Positions 27,462 to 35,923 of a DNA stretch of 43,929 bases are shown here, in pieces. The position numbers were made by a program, and so were the translations under genes. The notes below the pieces were generated by a model. That model was not told the DNA's origin and searched no databases. It saw only the letters and a program-made list of their open reading frames with translations. This DNA comes from a virus (lineage: Duplodnaviria; Caudoviricetes): the IMG/VR virus record IMGVR_UViG_3300032320_002037, positions 1 through 43,929 of that record; one strand, written 5' to 3'. How positions within the stretch are numbered: position 1 is the stretch's first letter; the number at the start of each line of letters is the position of its first letter.

Positions 27462-28927
27462 ACGAAATTAACTTGTCCTCCTAGCATTGCTTTGTAGGTG
27501 TCTTTCACACGGTTTTCCAATTCAGGGAAGCGTTTGTCGTCGATTTCACAGCCGATGATTTTGCAACCGCGTAGGATACAGGCGCGGAGAATAGAACCGC
27601 CGCCTGCAAATGGGTCGAGGATGGTCATACCTGGGAAGTGAATTGGGTCGAGGATCATCTGGTTGATGAAGTCGAGCGGTTTGGCAAAGGGATTAGACTG
27701 GAGTTTTTTATCCGGCATGCCGTCGACTTCGAGATGGCACTTGGTCATAGGTTTTGCTAGGCGTGGAGAGCCTTTCTTCATAACCATGACAGGTTCATAG
27801 GACTTGGTGGGGTTGATATGTGGCGCGTTGTTTTTGCACGAGTGCGGCTTAAGCCAGAGAAGATTCCAGTCGAGCACATTGAAGCCAACTTCGCGTCCCC
27901 AGGTAGCAAGCTTTTCTTGATGTTGCTGGGCGTAGAAGAAGAACAGATAAGTGTTGTCTTTAAGCACACGATAAGCGCCTTGGAGGAAAGGTTTCATCTG
28001 TTCTACGTTTTGATTGACATCGTGGGTAGAGCGCATTTGGTCAATACCATGCATGTCTTCCATAAGGTCCATGTCAATGCCATAAGGGATGTCGGTGATA
28101 ATGGAGTCGATCGAAGACGGCGCGAGCTTTGTCATCATGAGTTCTACGCAGTCCATGTTAAACAAGCGGTCAGAGATTTGCACCGTGCGCATTTCACGAA
28201 TTTGCTCTGGGGAAGCTGGAGTTACCGATAGTGCAGCAGGAGAGGTGGTGTTGCCGAGTTGGATAGAGATGATGCCAGTGGGCTTGGTGGACTTGGCTGG
28301 TTGAGGAATGACTAGGACGTTGGCGGATTGAAGGGCTTTGGCTTTGATGGCGTCTTGCTCTTTGCGGCCAAGGAGAATTTGCTTAGCTTGGTCGAAAGTT
28401 TTAGCGTCCCAGATTTCTTTATCTTCTCGGCGGAGAGCTAGGGCGACGATAAGGCAGTCTTTGACATAGGAGTGAGATTGTCCGACGAGTTCACCGGTGG
28501 CGCGAAGGCCCCATTGTTTCTTACGGTCAGCGGAGACTTTGGTTTCTTTCTCGTGAACAGCATTGATGGCAAGGCACTTGTCTTGCCAGCACATTTCAGC
28601 GCGGCGAGTGTTTTCGTCGAGCTCGATCATGAGTTCCATTGCGCGGTCGATGTTCATGCGACGGACATAAGGAACTTCGGTCTGGCCTAAGAGCTTGTAG
28701 GCTTCTAAGCGGCACTCGCCAGCGATGAGTTCATTAGCCTCGTTAATCATGATTGGCGTAATCGGGCCGACGAGGATGATGGAGTCGTAAATGGTGGCAG
28801 CATTGGCGGCAACTTCCTTAGGGTCACGACGGATACGCTCGGAGCGTTTGACTACGATGTCGGAGATGTTGATATAAGAAACGCCTTCGAGACGCTTGAT
28901 TTTACGAGGTTCGGTGGTAGTGGACAT
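27458..28927 (-). CDS. ParB/Srx-like domain fused to an N6/N4 DNA methyltransferase
   Basis: LIAGECRLEA, ELDENTRR, HTH; TDIPYG and ILDPFAGGGS, GCEID (beta-class order). Confidence 0.85.
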   Translation of the reverse strand: MSTTTEPRKIKRLEGVSYINISDIVVKRSERIRRDPKEVAANAATIYDSIILVGPITPIMINEANELIAGECRLEAYKLLGQTEVPYVRRMNIDRAMELMIELDENTRRAEMCWQDKCLAINAVHEKETKVSADRKKQWGLRATGELVGQSHSYVKDCLIVALALRREDKEIWDAKTFDQAKQILLGRKEQDAIKAKALQSANVLVIPQPAKSTKPTGIISIQLGNTTSPAALSVTPASPEQIREMRTVQISDRLFNMDCVELMMTKLAPSSIDSIITDIPYGIDMDLMEDMHGIDQMRSTHDVNQNVEQMKPFLQGAYRVLKDNTYLFFFYAQQHQEKLATWGREVGFNVLDWNLLWLKPHSCKNNAPHINPTKSYEPVMVMKKGSPRLAKPMTKCHLEVDGMPDKKLQSNPFAKPLDFINQMILDPIHFPGMTILDPFAGGGSILRACILRGCKIIGCEIDDKRFPELENRVKDTYKAMLGGQVNFV

Positions 28928-28976
28928 GGAAATATGAGGCACGAGAATAAAGCCCTCGTGCCAGAGGCTGGTTTGG

Positions 28977-29327
28977 TTATTGCTTATCTTCGCGAGCTAT
29001 TGCAGCTTCGTTGGTGAAGGTCAGCTTTTTGTAACGCTCAGAGAGCTTTGTGATGTTTGCGGTGAGGCATTCTTCACGCGTGATGCAGAGTTCTTGACGC
29101 AAGCCTTCGAGATAGAATTCAATGTCGCCGAGTTCTTCGATGACATTTGTTCGATCGAGAGGTTTGCGATAAATGACGCTTTTTTTAATAGCATCAAGAA
29201 GTTCTCCGGCTTCTCCAGAAATACCCATCGTCATATGAATGAGATTGGTGTCGCTGGGAGTGAGTTCGGAGTGAAGAACTTGAGCAGGTTTAACTAATGC
29301 AGTGACTAGTGCGGAGTGGGTTAGCAT
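28977..29327 (-). CDS. mazG: MazG-like nucleotide pyrophosphohydrolase
   Basis: GEAGELLDAIKK, EELGDIEFY, NITKLSERY. Confidence 0.9.
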   Translation of the reverse strand: MLTHSALVTALVKPAQVLHSELTPSDTNLIHMTMGISGEAGELLDAIKKSVIYRKPLDRTNVIEELGDIEFYLEGLRQELCITREECLTANITKLSERYKKLTFTNEAAIAREDKQ

Positions 29328-29342
29328 TAGGTTGTGAGAGGG

Positions 29343-29672
29343 CTATTCACCATCGAGTTCAAGCTGGCGAGTAATGGCTAGGTTGATACGGGAGAGGTCA
29401 TTGCGAAGTTGCTTGTGCTTTATCTGTGTTTCGTGCAAACGAGCCTGAAGAAATTCAAGATCGCTTTCGTTATCTGCAATTTGACTAAGGACTTCAAGTC
29501 GGTCGTCGTAGATTGTGAGAGACGCTTTGACATGACGAATTTCACGTTCGATGATTTCATCGACTTCATCGACTGGGATAGAGCGACGGGGTTTAACTTC
29601 TGGATCACAGTAGGTGTCTGTGCAAATGTTTTTTTGTGTTTTACGCTTAGGCATAGGAAAGAAGGCAGACAT
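29343..29672 (-). CDS. Hypothetical coiled-coil protein
   Basis: 109 aa, heptad pattern. Confidence 0.6.
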   Translation of the reverse strand: MSAFFPMPKRKTQKNICTDTYCDPEVKPRRSIPVDEVDEIIEREIRHVKASLTIYDDRLEVLSQIADNESDLEFLQARLHETQIKHKQLRNDLSRINLAITRQLELDGE

Positions 29673-29700
29673 TATCCGGTCTGCCAGCGGAGGTTAGGGG

Positions 29701-30165
29701 TTAGCCGACAGCAGCGAAGGACTTGATGACGGACTGTTTACCATATTCATCGGTGGTCTCGTTCTTCACATTGGCCATGAGGGTCACCGTGGGAAGGGAG
29801 AGGATATAGTCTTCGTTGAACTCTGGAAGCTTGGCCTTGTTTTCTTCATTGTTCTTGAGGTTAGCCACGGCGAGCATAAACAAGCCGAGCTGACGCGTAT
29901 AGCTTTCTGCGTTCCCACCGTCGCCGAACTCTGTGCCAGGGATAGGAAGCATGAGGCGCGTGCCGATAGGGTAACCAGCGTTGAGCGTCTTACCTTTGTC
30001 TGACTGCGTGGGTTCCAGGGTCTTGCACTGGATGTGCAGGAAAGAACCTTTGCCAGACTTAGATGGTGTGACGTCAGCTTTGTCGATCACTACTGGATGC
30101 TTGCCTTCGATGAGACAAGGGGAGGAGAGATCAGCGTCGTTGAGTTTGAGGGATAGCGGTTGCAT
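29701..30165 (-). CDS. Putative single-stranded DNA-binding protein (DUF669-like OB fold)
   Basis: EGKHPVVI..TPSKSGKG..LHIQ pattern; near the Sak4-like ATPase; ATG at 30165 after an AC-rich leader. Confidence 0.55.
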   Translation of the reverse strand: MQPLSLKLNDADLSSPCLIEGKHPVVIDKADVTPSKSGKGSFLHIQCKTLEPTQSDKGKTLNAGYPIGTRLMLPIPGTEFGDGGNAESYTRQLGLFMLAVANLKNNEENKAKLPEFNEDYILSLPTVTLMANVKNETTDEYGKQSVIKSFAAVG

Positions 30166-30231
30166 ATTTGTTTGTGTTTTGTTGTGTTTGTTTTGTTTGT
30201 GTTTCAAGAGCGCGATGGCTCAGGAAAAGGG

Positions 30232-30435
30232 TTAGCGTGGTGCTAGAAAAGATTGCGGGAGAGTAGGCAATTGGAATCCGGAGTCAGACTCTGGCTCGGT
30301 AATTGCTGATGACCAAGGTTTGCAAGAGGTTGCTGGGATGCCATCGAGGGTGAGGGAATCTAGGATTTCAGCAGCCATTGAGTCGATGTCGGTAGAGGAT
30401 TCTAGGTCAACGGCGACGAGAAAGGTGCGGGTCAT
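30232..30435 (-). CDS. Hypothetical protein
   Basis: 67 aa, ATGA-coupled. Confidence 0.55.
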   Translation of the reverse strand: MTRTFLVAVDLESSTDIDSMAAEILDSLTLDGIPATSCKPWSSAITEPESDSGFQLPTLPQSFLAPR

Positions 30436-31199
30436 TTGGAGAAGATAACTTGGAGTTCGGAGACTTTATCGGCTGGAAAGGATACACCGAGTTGGGAGGC
30501 GGACTTGAGGCCGAGAGCTTTGTCACGTGGCCCAGGGCAAGTGATGATCTTGCGATCGGTTTTTTGAGAAGCGCCGATGCCGGAGGTGGTTACATCGAGG
30601 AGCCAGACTTCCTCGAACCAACCTGACATGATGTGTTTGAGGTTGCCGGGGATGGCGAGGAAGTTGGTGAGGACACCGGTGAGTTCTTCTTTGTCAACAG
30701 TCATATGGGCTTCGACGCAGAGCCGCTTGCCAGAGGACTTGAGCCAGAAGATAAGCTGCCGCATGATGGAGCCGAAGGCACCCCAGTGTGCAAACTCGAA
30801 TTTAGGGTCGATGGTTTTCTTGTAATCGCCGAGCTTGGCGTTGGTCATTTTGTAGGTTTGGACGTAGGCAAGTTCGATGAGGGAAGAGAGGGAGGAGATG
30901 ACGATGGTTTCGACCTCGGGGGAATTGCAGGCTTCGAGAAGGAGAGACTGGACACGGTCCCATTGGAGCTCGCGGGGGACGGGCTTGTCGTTGTCGCGCA
31001 GTGGTGTATCATAGAACCATGTTTGATTAAGACGGTTGTTGGCTTGTAGGAAACGGACTGGGCCGTTAAGGTTATCATCGCAGTCTAGGATGAAGGGTTT
31101 GGGGAGCTGGAGTGAGACGGTGGTTTTGCCTGAACCGGGAGGACCGATGAGGAGAAAGGATTTGGGAAGAGCTGGGAGGAAGTCGGTGGATGATTTCAT
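30432..31199 (-). CDS. AAA_24/Sak4-like ATPase (recombination/annealing)
   Basis: GPPGSGKT, LDCD, TIVISSLS, EAH, WFEEVW. Confidence 0.8.
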   Translation of the reverse strand: MKSSTDFLPALPKSFLLIGPPGSGKTTVSLQLPKPFILDCDDNLNGPVRFLQANNRLNQTWFYDTPLRDNDKPVPRELQWDRVQSLLLEACNSPEVETIVISSLSSLIELAYVQTYKMTNAKLGDYKKTIDPKFEFAHWGAFGSIMRQLIFWLKSSGKRLCVEAHMTVDKEELTGVLTNFLAIPGNLKHIMSGWFEEVWLLDVTTSGIGASQKTDRKIITCPGPRDKALGLKSASQLGVSFPADKVSELQVIFSK

Positions 31200-31477
31200 T
31201 GGATAGCAAGGGAGAGTTGGCGGTTTAATTCAGCGAGGAGGGAGAGGGCGCGGGATGGGTCTGTGGAGAATAGAGTGTGGGCTTGCTGGGTTGTGCGGAG
31301 GACGTCGAGGTAGATAGAGGAGAGGATTTGTTTGTCTTGAGGGGAGAAGTTATGCTGGGCGGATGGGGTTACTGCTTGAGAGGACAGGCAGAGGATGGAG
31401 GTGTGGGTGAAATGGTTTGGTGAAGTTGGGCAGACGGAGGTGGAGTGGGCGAGGACTGGGACTGAGAGGTGGATCAT
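31196..31477 (-). CDS. Hypothetical protein
   Basis: 93 aa, ATGA-coupled on both sides. Confidence 0.5.
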   Translation of the reverse strand: MIHLSVPVLAHSTSVCPTSPNHFTHTSILCLSSQAVTPSAQHNFSPQDKQILSSIYLDVLRTTQQAHTLFSTDPSRALSLLAELNRQLSLAIQ

Positions 31478-31782
31478 AGGGTGGAGTCTTTGGTTTCCTG
31501 GAGGAGGCGTTGTGGCTCGATGGTTCCAGGTTCATCGTCAATCCAGATGTCGACAGGGAATGGGACAGCGTCACGTTTGAAACCAAAGGATGCGAAGAAG
31601 ATGGTGATGAAGGCAGGGATCTGAAGAGAAACACGGGCTTCGTGGGATAGTGAAGCTCGGCGAGTGCAGATAATGACTGTGTGACCGCAGGCTCGAAAGG
31701 CGTAAGCGATGAGAGCAAACAGTGTTGGATCAGCGGTCCAGGTTTTGTCGAGGTCGATGGAAATGGTGAGGGGTTTACTCAT
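31474..31782 (-). CDS. Minimal HAD-superfamily phosphatase-like protein
   Basis: IDLDKT motif I, CTRR, K, WIDD motif IV. Confidence 0.7.
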   Translation of the reverse strand: MSKPLTISIDLDKTWTADPTLFALIAYAFRACGHTVIICTRRASLSHEARVSLQIPAFITIFFASFGFKRDAVPFPVDIWIDDEPGTIEPQRLLQETKDSTL

Positions 31783-32954
31783 ACTGGTTTCCAGGTGTTA
31801 TGTTGATATTGGTCAGAGGCTAACATCTCCAAGCGGGATTCAGGTGGAAGTGAGCAGACATCAAAGTATGGACATTTGCCATATTTACCAACGCACCATT
31901 GGGTCTTGCGTGGGAAGAACTTGTTAGTGATGTTGGCAAAGAGCTCTTCGACCAGAGCAAGGGCATCCTGCTTGAACTCAGCAACGTGCCAGGGGTGATA
32001 GTCATATTGACGACGATGCGGCTCGAAGGGTTTGGAAGATGTGGGCTTGCCGGATTTTGTGATAGCAGCGACTGGCTTGCGGCAAGCTAAGACGTTGGCC
32101 ATGAAGCCACGGATGGGTAGATCGGGGAAGGCAGCTTTCATCGCGGAGTAATAACCTGTGGGCTGCATCGCAATTTCAAATCCATCGAAGAAGTCTTGGG
32201 AAAGGATGGAAGTTGTCTTGTGATCGACAACGTAGAGCGAGCCGTTGATTTCGGCCAGCATGTCAATGATACCAGTCCATTCGATGTGGACGGTGAGTTT
32301 GCCTGTTCCACAAAGAAACTCAGATTTTTCTTTTGCAGCACTGTTGGTTAATTTACCAAAACCCCAGTCTTTAAACATGCTGGTCGGTAACTCAACAATA
32401 CCCAGAGGATAGGCGAATGAGAACTCGACGAGAGGTTTGCCTTCGTGGATGAAGGGGGTGAGGGACTCGGATTGGTAATGGGTGATGTAGGAATGGAAGG
32501 ACTGGATCGCGTAGTCGGACGTGCGATAGTCTGGAGAAAGAGAGGCTGGGGACTGAGCAAAAGTGGACTCGATGGCGGAGTAGCAGCGGGAGAGGAGGGC
32601 TGCTTGTGTAAGCGTGAAATTATGAAGACCTTCGCGGTGGCCTTCAGCTAAAGTGATGGCATCATGCACAATAGTTCCAACCTTGTGCTTATTTCGATAC
32701 CAAACTTCCAATCCTGCATGGATTGCCGCGCCGAAGGTCAGTGCTGAGCGTGAACCACCTTGACGGGAATGGATGAGCTTGTATTCAGCAGAGCGATTGC
32801 AGCCGAGAAGAGATTCGATGGAAGACCAGTCAACTCGGAATAGAAGAGAGCCGTCCGGTTGCCAATGAAAGAGCTTGCGAATAGGCGGGAGTGTGGCTTG
32901 GAGCGAGAGGTCTGAGCGGGAGCTGGATGGAATGCGGATAGATAATTGTGTCAT
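31779..32954 (-). CDS. PD-(D/E)XK (Cas4/AddB-like) exonuclease
   Basis: FGAAIHAGLE, GIIDML, VVDHKTT, QPTGY, C-terminal C..C...C cluster. Confidence 0.85.
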   Translation of the reverse strand: MTQLSIRIPSSSRSDLSLQATLPPIRKLFHWQPDGSLLFRVDWSSIESLLGCNRSAEYKLIHSRQGGSRSALTFGAAIHAGLEVWYRNKHKVGTIVHDAITLAEGHREGLHNFTLTQAALLSRCYSAIESTFAQSPASLSPDYRTSDYAIQSFHSYITHYQSESLTPFIHEGKPLVEFSFAYPLGIVELPTSMFKDWGFGKLTNSAAKEKSEFLCGTGKLTVHIEWTGIIDMLAEINGSLYVVDHKTTSILSQDFFDGFEIAMQPTGYYSAMKAAFPDLPIRGFMANVLACRKPVAAITKSGKPTSSKPFEPHRRQYDYHPWHVAEFKQDALALVEELFANITNKFFPRKTQWCVGKYGKCPYFDVCSLPPESRLEMLASDQYQHNTWKPV

Positions 32955-33117
32955 AACAAGGGGAGAGGATTGGTTCACCGGGGAGAATCGGTGGGGATAG
33001 ACGACGATAGGAGAAGGGGCCGTTGACAGAGATGTAGGCTATGTTTAGGCGAGTGATGTGGATAGTTGCAGTGCAGAAGAGCTTTTCAAAGAAGGTGAGG
33101 AAGATGTCACAGATCAT
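32830..33117 (-). CDS. Possible hypothetical protein (overlaps the exonuclease start)
   Basis: ATGA-coupled start but long 3' overlap. Confidence 0.3.
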   Translation of the reverse strand: MICDIFLTFFEKLFCTATIHITRLNIAYISVNGPFSYRRLSPPILPGEPILSPCYDTIIYPHSIQLPLRPLAPSHTPAYSQALSLATGRLSSIPS

Positions 33118-33350
33118 ATGAGATGAGAGAGCTCTTCGTTTGTGGCAGCCCTGGGCTTGCGGCCAGAGAGAGTCTTAGCCGCGGAGGTTTTAGCTTTTTT
33201 GCGCTCGGAGGGAGCAACACGCTGGGCGCGGGTTGTTAGGATGAAGGCTTCGAGTTCCTTGTCATTCATTTGAGAGACATCTTTGTCAAGAATCTCATGG
33301 AATGGGACATCGGTGTATAGATGCTGGAGGTGTTGGGTGGATTCGTTCAT
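33114..33350 (-). CDS. Hypothetical protein
   Basis: 78 aa, coupled. Confidence 0.6.
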   Translation of the reverse strand: MNESTQHLQHLYTDVPFHEILDKDVSQMNDKELEAFILTTRAQRVAPSERKKAKTSAAKTLSGRKPRAATNEELSHLI

Positions 33351-33613
33351 TAGAAGGAAAAGGTAAGGCGGGAAATCATTTGGTTAAAGCGTTCGTTGTT
33401 GGAGACTTCTAGCTCTTCAGTGGTTGCGAGGGGGAGTTGTTCCCGCAGAGCGGTCATGAAGTGGAAGAAGAGAGAGCTAAGAGCGCCGTCGATAGAGCCG
33501 TGACGAGCCAGACGGAACTTGAAGTCTAGGATGTCTTGCGCACTGGCATCAAAGCAAAGTTCTTTGAGAACAGTTGGTTGCAGTTTATAGGGGTTTTGGA
33601 TTTTATCTTGCAT
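33350..33613 (-). CDS. Hypothetical protein
   Basis: 87 aa, TAATG coupling. Confidence 0.6.
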   Translation of the reverse strand: MQDKIQNPYKLQPTVLKELCFDASAQDILDFKFRLARHGSIDGALSSLFFHFMTALREQLPLATTEELEVSNNERFNQMISRLTFSF

Positions 33614-34128
33614 TAGAGGAGTGTTAGGGTGTTGTCTGCATTGGTTATGATTTCAACATTTGGGTAGTTGATGGATATGTCGAAAGGTGGGTTGAAGTTG
33701 GTGATTGAAATGGGGAAAGGGAGATGGTCGAAGTTCTTTAGGTGGAGTAGAGAGGTCAGGGTCGTTGGATCAGAGCAGTCAATGGGAGGAATTTGGATTG
33801 CCTCTGGAGGGCGAGTGCCGTCGACAGCAACGTGGACCTGGCCTTTTTGCTTTCTGGATCTTCGTGGGCCGATGTATACAGAACCATCAGGATTGGTGCC
33901 AAAGACAAAAGCTCGCTCGACTAAAAGGGCTTGGTCATGGGAGATTACCGAGGAGAAGTGAGGGTTTGCAGTGAGAAGGGAGAGGGCTTGCTGGAGGTTT
34001 TGGCGGACGGTGGAGGGAGAGCGACCTGAGCAGTAGATTGTTGAGGGTTCGGGATAGCGGGAGATTATTTGAGAGAGGTAGGGTTCCCATGGGAGGAAGG
34101 AGGAATAGAGTTGGGAGGAGGGTGTCAT
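33613..34128 (-). CDS. Hypothetical protein
   Basis: 171 aa, TAATG coupling. Confidence 0.6.
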   Translation of the reverse strand: MTPSSQLYSSFLPWEPYLSQIISRYPEPSTIYCSGRSPSTVRQNLQQALSLLTANPHFSSVISHDQALLVERAFVFGTNPDGSVYIGPRRSRKQKGQVHVAVDGTRPPEAIQIPPIDCSDPTTLTSLLHLKNFDHLPFPISITNFNPPFDISINYPNVEIITNADNTLTLL

Positions 34129-34142
34129 GGGAGTTGGGAGAG

Positions 34143-34211
34143 GGTGAAGAACGACAGGAGTTGAACCTGTATTCCAGAGAGGCTCTGGTCTTACTGTTAG
34201 ATGACGGTCTT
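34143..34211 (-). tRNA. tRNA-like element / degenerate tRNA with a collapsed anticodon loop
   Basis: Acceptor AAGACCG/CGTTCTT, D arm ATCT-AACAGTA-AGAC, CAGAG-CCT-CTCTG arm, perfect T arm ACAGG-TTCAACT-CCTGT; no CCA. Confidence 0.6.
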
Positions 34212-34230
34212 TGAGAGGTGGGGTTACCGA

Positions 34231-34518
34231 TTACCACTTGGTTTTATCAGCCCAGTATGCAGCAGACATCTTGCCTTTGGCGATGTTTGAAGCGTGGCGG
34301 GCTTTGAATGACTCGCGGCGTTCGCGGGCAGAAGCAGATTCGCCCTCGGTTTTAGGTGAACCGGAGACTCCTTGCTGGCCGAAGCGGATGGTTTTTACCT
34401 GGGAGCCTTCTCTAGCGACGACAACGTGAGACTTGGTGGGATGGTTAGGTGTGCGCTTGGGTGTGTTGACGTCAGAGACACCGATGCGGTTTAATAGGGA
34501 TGAGATGTTAGAGGACAT
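34231..34518 (-). CDS. Small basic phage protein (widespread family of unknown function)
   Basis: KRTPNHPTKSHVV..IRFGQQG..RRESFKARH..SAAYWA..KW, a pattern I recall from many phages. Confidence 0.75.
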   Translation of the reverse strand: MSSNISSLLNRIGVSDVNTPKRTPNHPTKSHVVVAREGSQVKTIRFGQQGVSGSPKTEGESASARERRESFKARHASNIAKGKMSAAYWADKTKW

Positions 34519-34539
34519 AGGAATGTGAGTTTGGAATTA

Positions 34540-35060
34540 AGATGCCCGTCGTTACAGTGACGGAGCCGAGGCTGGCAAGTTGTGATTTAACGTCTAACTA
34601 ACAACTGCAACCGGACGACATGCTGGATATGTTAGCGATTATCAGTGCATGTTTTTAATATCGAAATCAGGTGCTTTTAACGCGGCATAGATTTAATCCT
34701 TCACCTCGGCAGTCCCTTTGTCCAGTGGGATCAGCAAATCTCTGGCCTAGCTTTTGAGCACCATACGGTGCCTTGGCTAGGTGGTTGAAGGCAAGCTGCG
34801 CGGTTTATCAGTCCGCCGCTTTACCCTCAAATCAACACACTGGTCAGGTCGCTCACAGCGGGCCATCATCTAGCCGTGGTGTTGGTAGTCGTCACTACTT
34901 AGCGAGAGGCTTTAATGCTTTGCATTCCAAGCACTGATGACTTCAACGCTGTGCCCTCACTGCAATGTGTTGATTTGAAGGTGGGTAGTTTAATGACTTG
35001 CCCAGGTCATCTGCAACTTAGTGGGTTTACAACCGTTACAACGAGTTTTCTAAGCTGCAA
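34540..35060 (-). ncRNA. Candidate large structured non-coding RNA (~520 nt)
   Basis: Non-coding gap in an otherwise gene-packed arm; 20-bp helix 34823-34842/34963-34982, nested helices, pseudoknots; G-U pairs in the right half favour the - strand. Confidence 0.65.
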
Positions 35061-35065
35061 ATTGG

Positions 35066-35722
35066 TTACACCAGACCGGCTGGGACTTCCAGCTCGCGGC
35101 GCTTGGCGTCGATTTCCAGCGCGCGGGCAAGGCCATCTTCCGTGAAGCCACCGATGTTGTCGAAGTTGTAGCCGGGGTTAGCGGCAGACCACTTGGCAGC
35201 AAAGCCTTCGGCAGTGACGGGTTGACCATCGGAACCAATGGAGCCAGCTTCGGCCATAGCGAGGATGCGCTTGGCGAGGGTGAAGAACTTGGCATCTGGT
35301 TCGGATTCGGCTTCTTCCGTAGAGACCTCGAAGGGAATGGTGTCAGCGACCTGCTGGGCAAGGACATTGTAATCAACTTCGGAGATGAGAGGAGCTTGAT
35401 AGTCGGCATCGCCGGGAGCTCCTTTGCCGTTCACGACGAGCTTGATGTAATCGCCTTCGGAGATGAGGATTTCCACGGTGTCGCCAGCGCGGTTCTTCTT
35501 CTGTTTGCCAGTGGATGGCACAGCGAGACCGGTGTGGGCAACGAGGGCCTGGACCATAGACTTGCGCTGCTTGTTGTTCCAGCCTTGGTAGAGGCTGTGC
35601 TTGATCGCAGCATGGCGGACGTCACGGGGATTGGAGAAGGCCACGAGGTCTTCAAGGGTCGCAGGGACCATGAGAGTGACGGTTGCGCCGAGAGTGCGAT
35701 TGGAGTAAGGAACGAGGTTCAT
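35066..35722 (-). CDS. Hypothetical protein, probably highly expressed
   Basis: 218 aa, strong C-ending codon bias, AC-rich leader. Confidence 0.75.
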   Translation of the reverse strand: MNLVPYSNRTLGATVTLMVPATLEDLVAFSNPRDVRHAAIKHSLYQGWNNKQRKSMVQALVAHTGLAVPSTGKQKKNRAGDTVEILISEGDYIKLVVNGKGAPGDADYQAPLISEVDYNVLAQQVADTIPFEVSTEEAESEPDAKFFTLAKRILAMAEAGSIGSDGQPVTAEGFAAKWSAANPGYNFDNIGGFTEDGLARALEIDAKRRELEVPAGLV

Positions 35723-35798
35723 TATGTTGGTTTGTGTTTTGGTTTGTGTTTTGGTTTTGCCAGCATTTGCTGGAAAGTTTGCCTTTTGGCAAGGTGGA

Positions 35799-35826
35799 AA
35801 GATAAGCGAAAAGGGGAAAAGCGCAA
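35799..35826 (-). promoter_or_regulatory. Possible sigma70-like promoter for the 35722 gene and downstream RNA locus
   Basis: TTGCGC-16 nt-TATCTT in a 200-bp intergenic gap. Confidence 0.35.
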
Positions 35827-35923
35827 GGGGTTTTTCCCTGTTTCCGTTTATGGCTTTTATAGTGAAACGTGGTGGGTATTCGCGAGTTACCGATTTTGAA
35901 AGTTTGCAGGTGGAGAAGTTAGG

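Noticed and set aside
24993-29327. Z-genome (DpoZ/PurZ/MazZ) system
   Set aside because: No PurA/PurZ or HD-domain DatZ gene in the genome
31779-32954. CRISPR-Cas via the Cas4-like nuclease
   Set aside because: No repeat-spacer array or other cas genes; typical phage recombination exonuclease
34934-34985. Hammerhead ribozyme (CTGATGA on the + strand followed by a stem)
   Set aside because: The required GAAA after stem II is absent
34915-35145. 76-aa + strand ORF in the structured gap
   Set aside because: Antisense to the operon, overlaps another gene, no protein-like features
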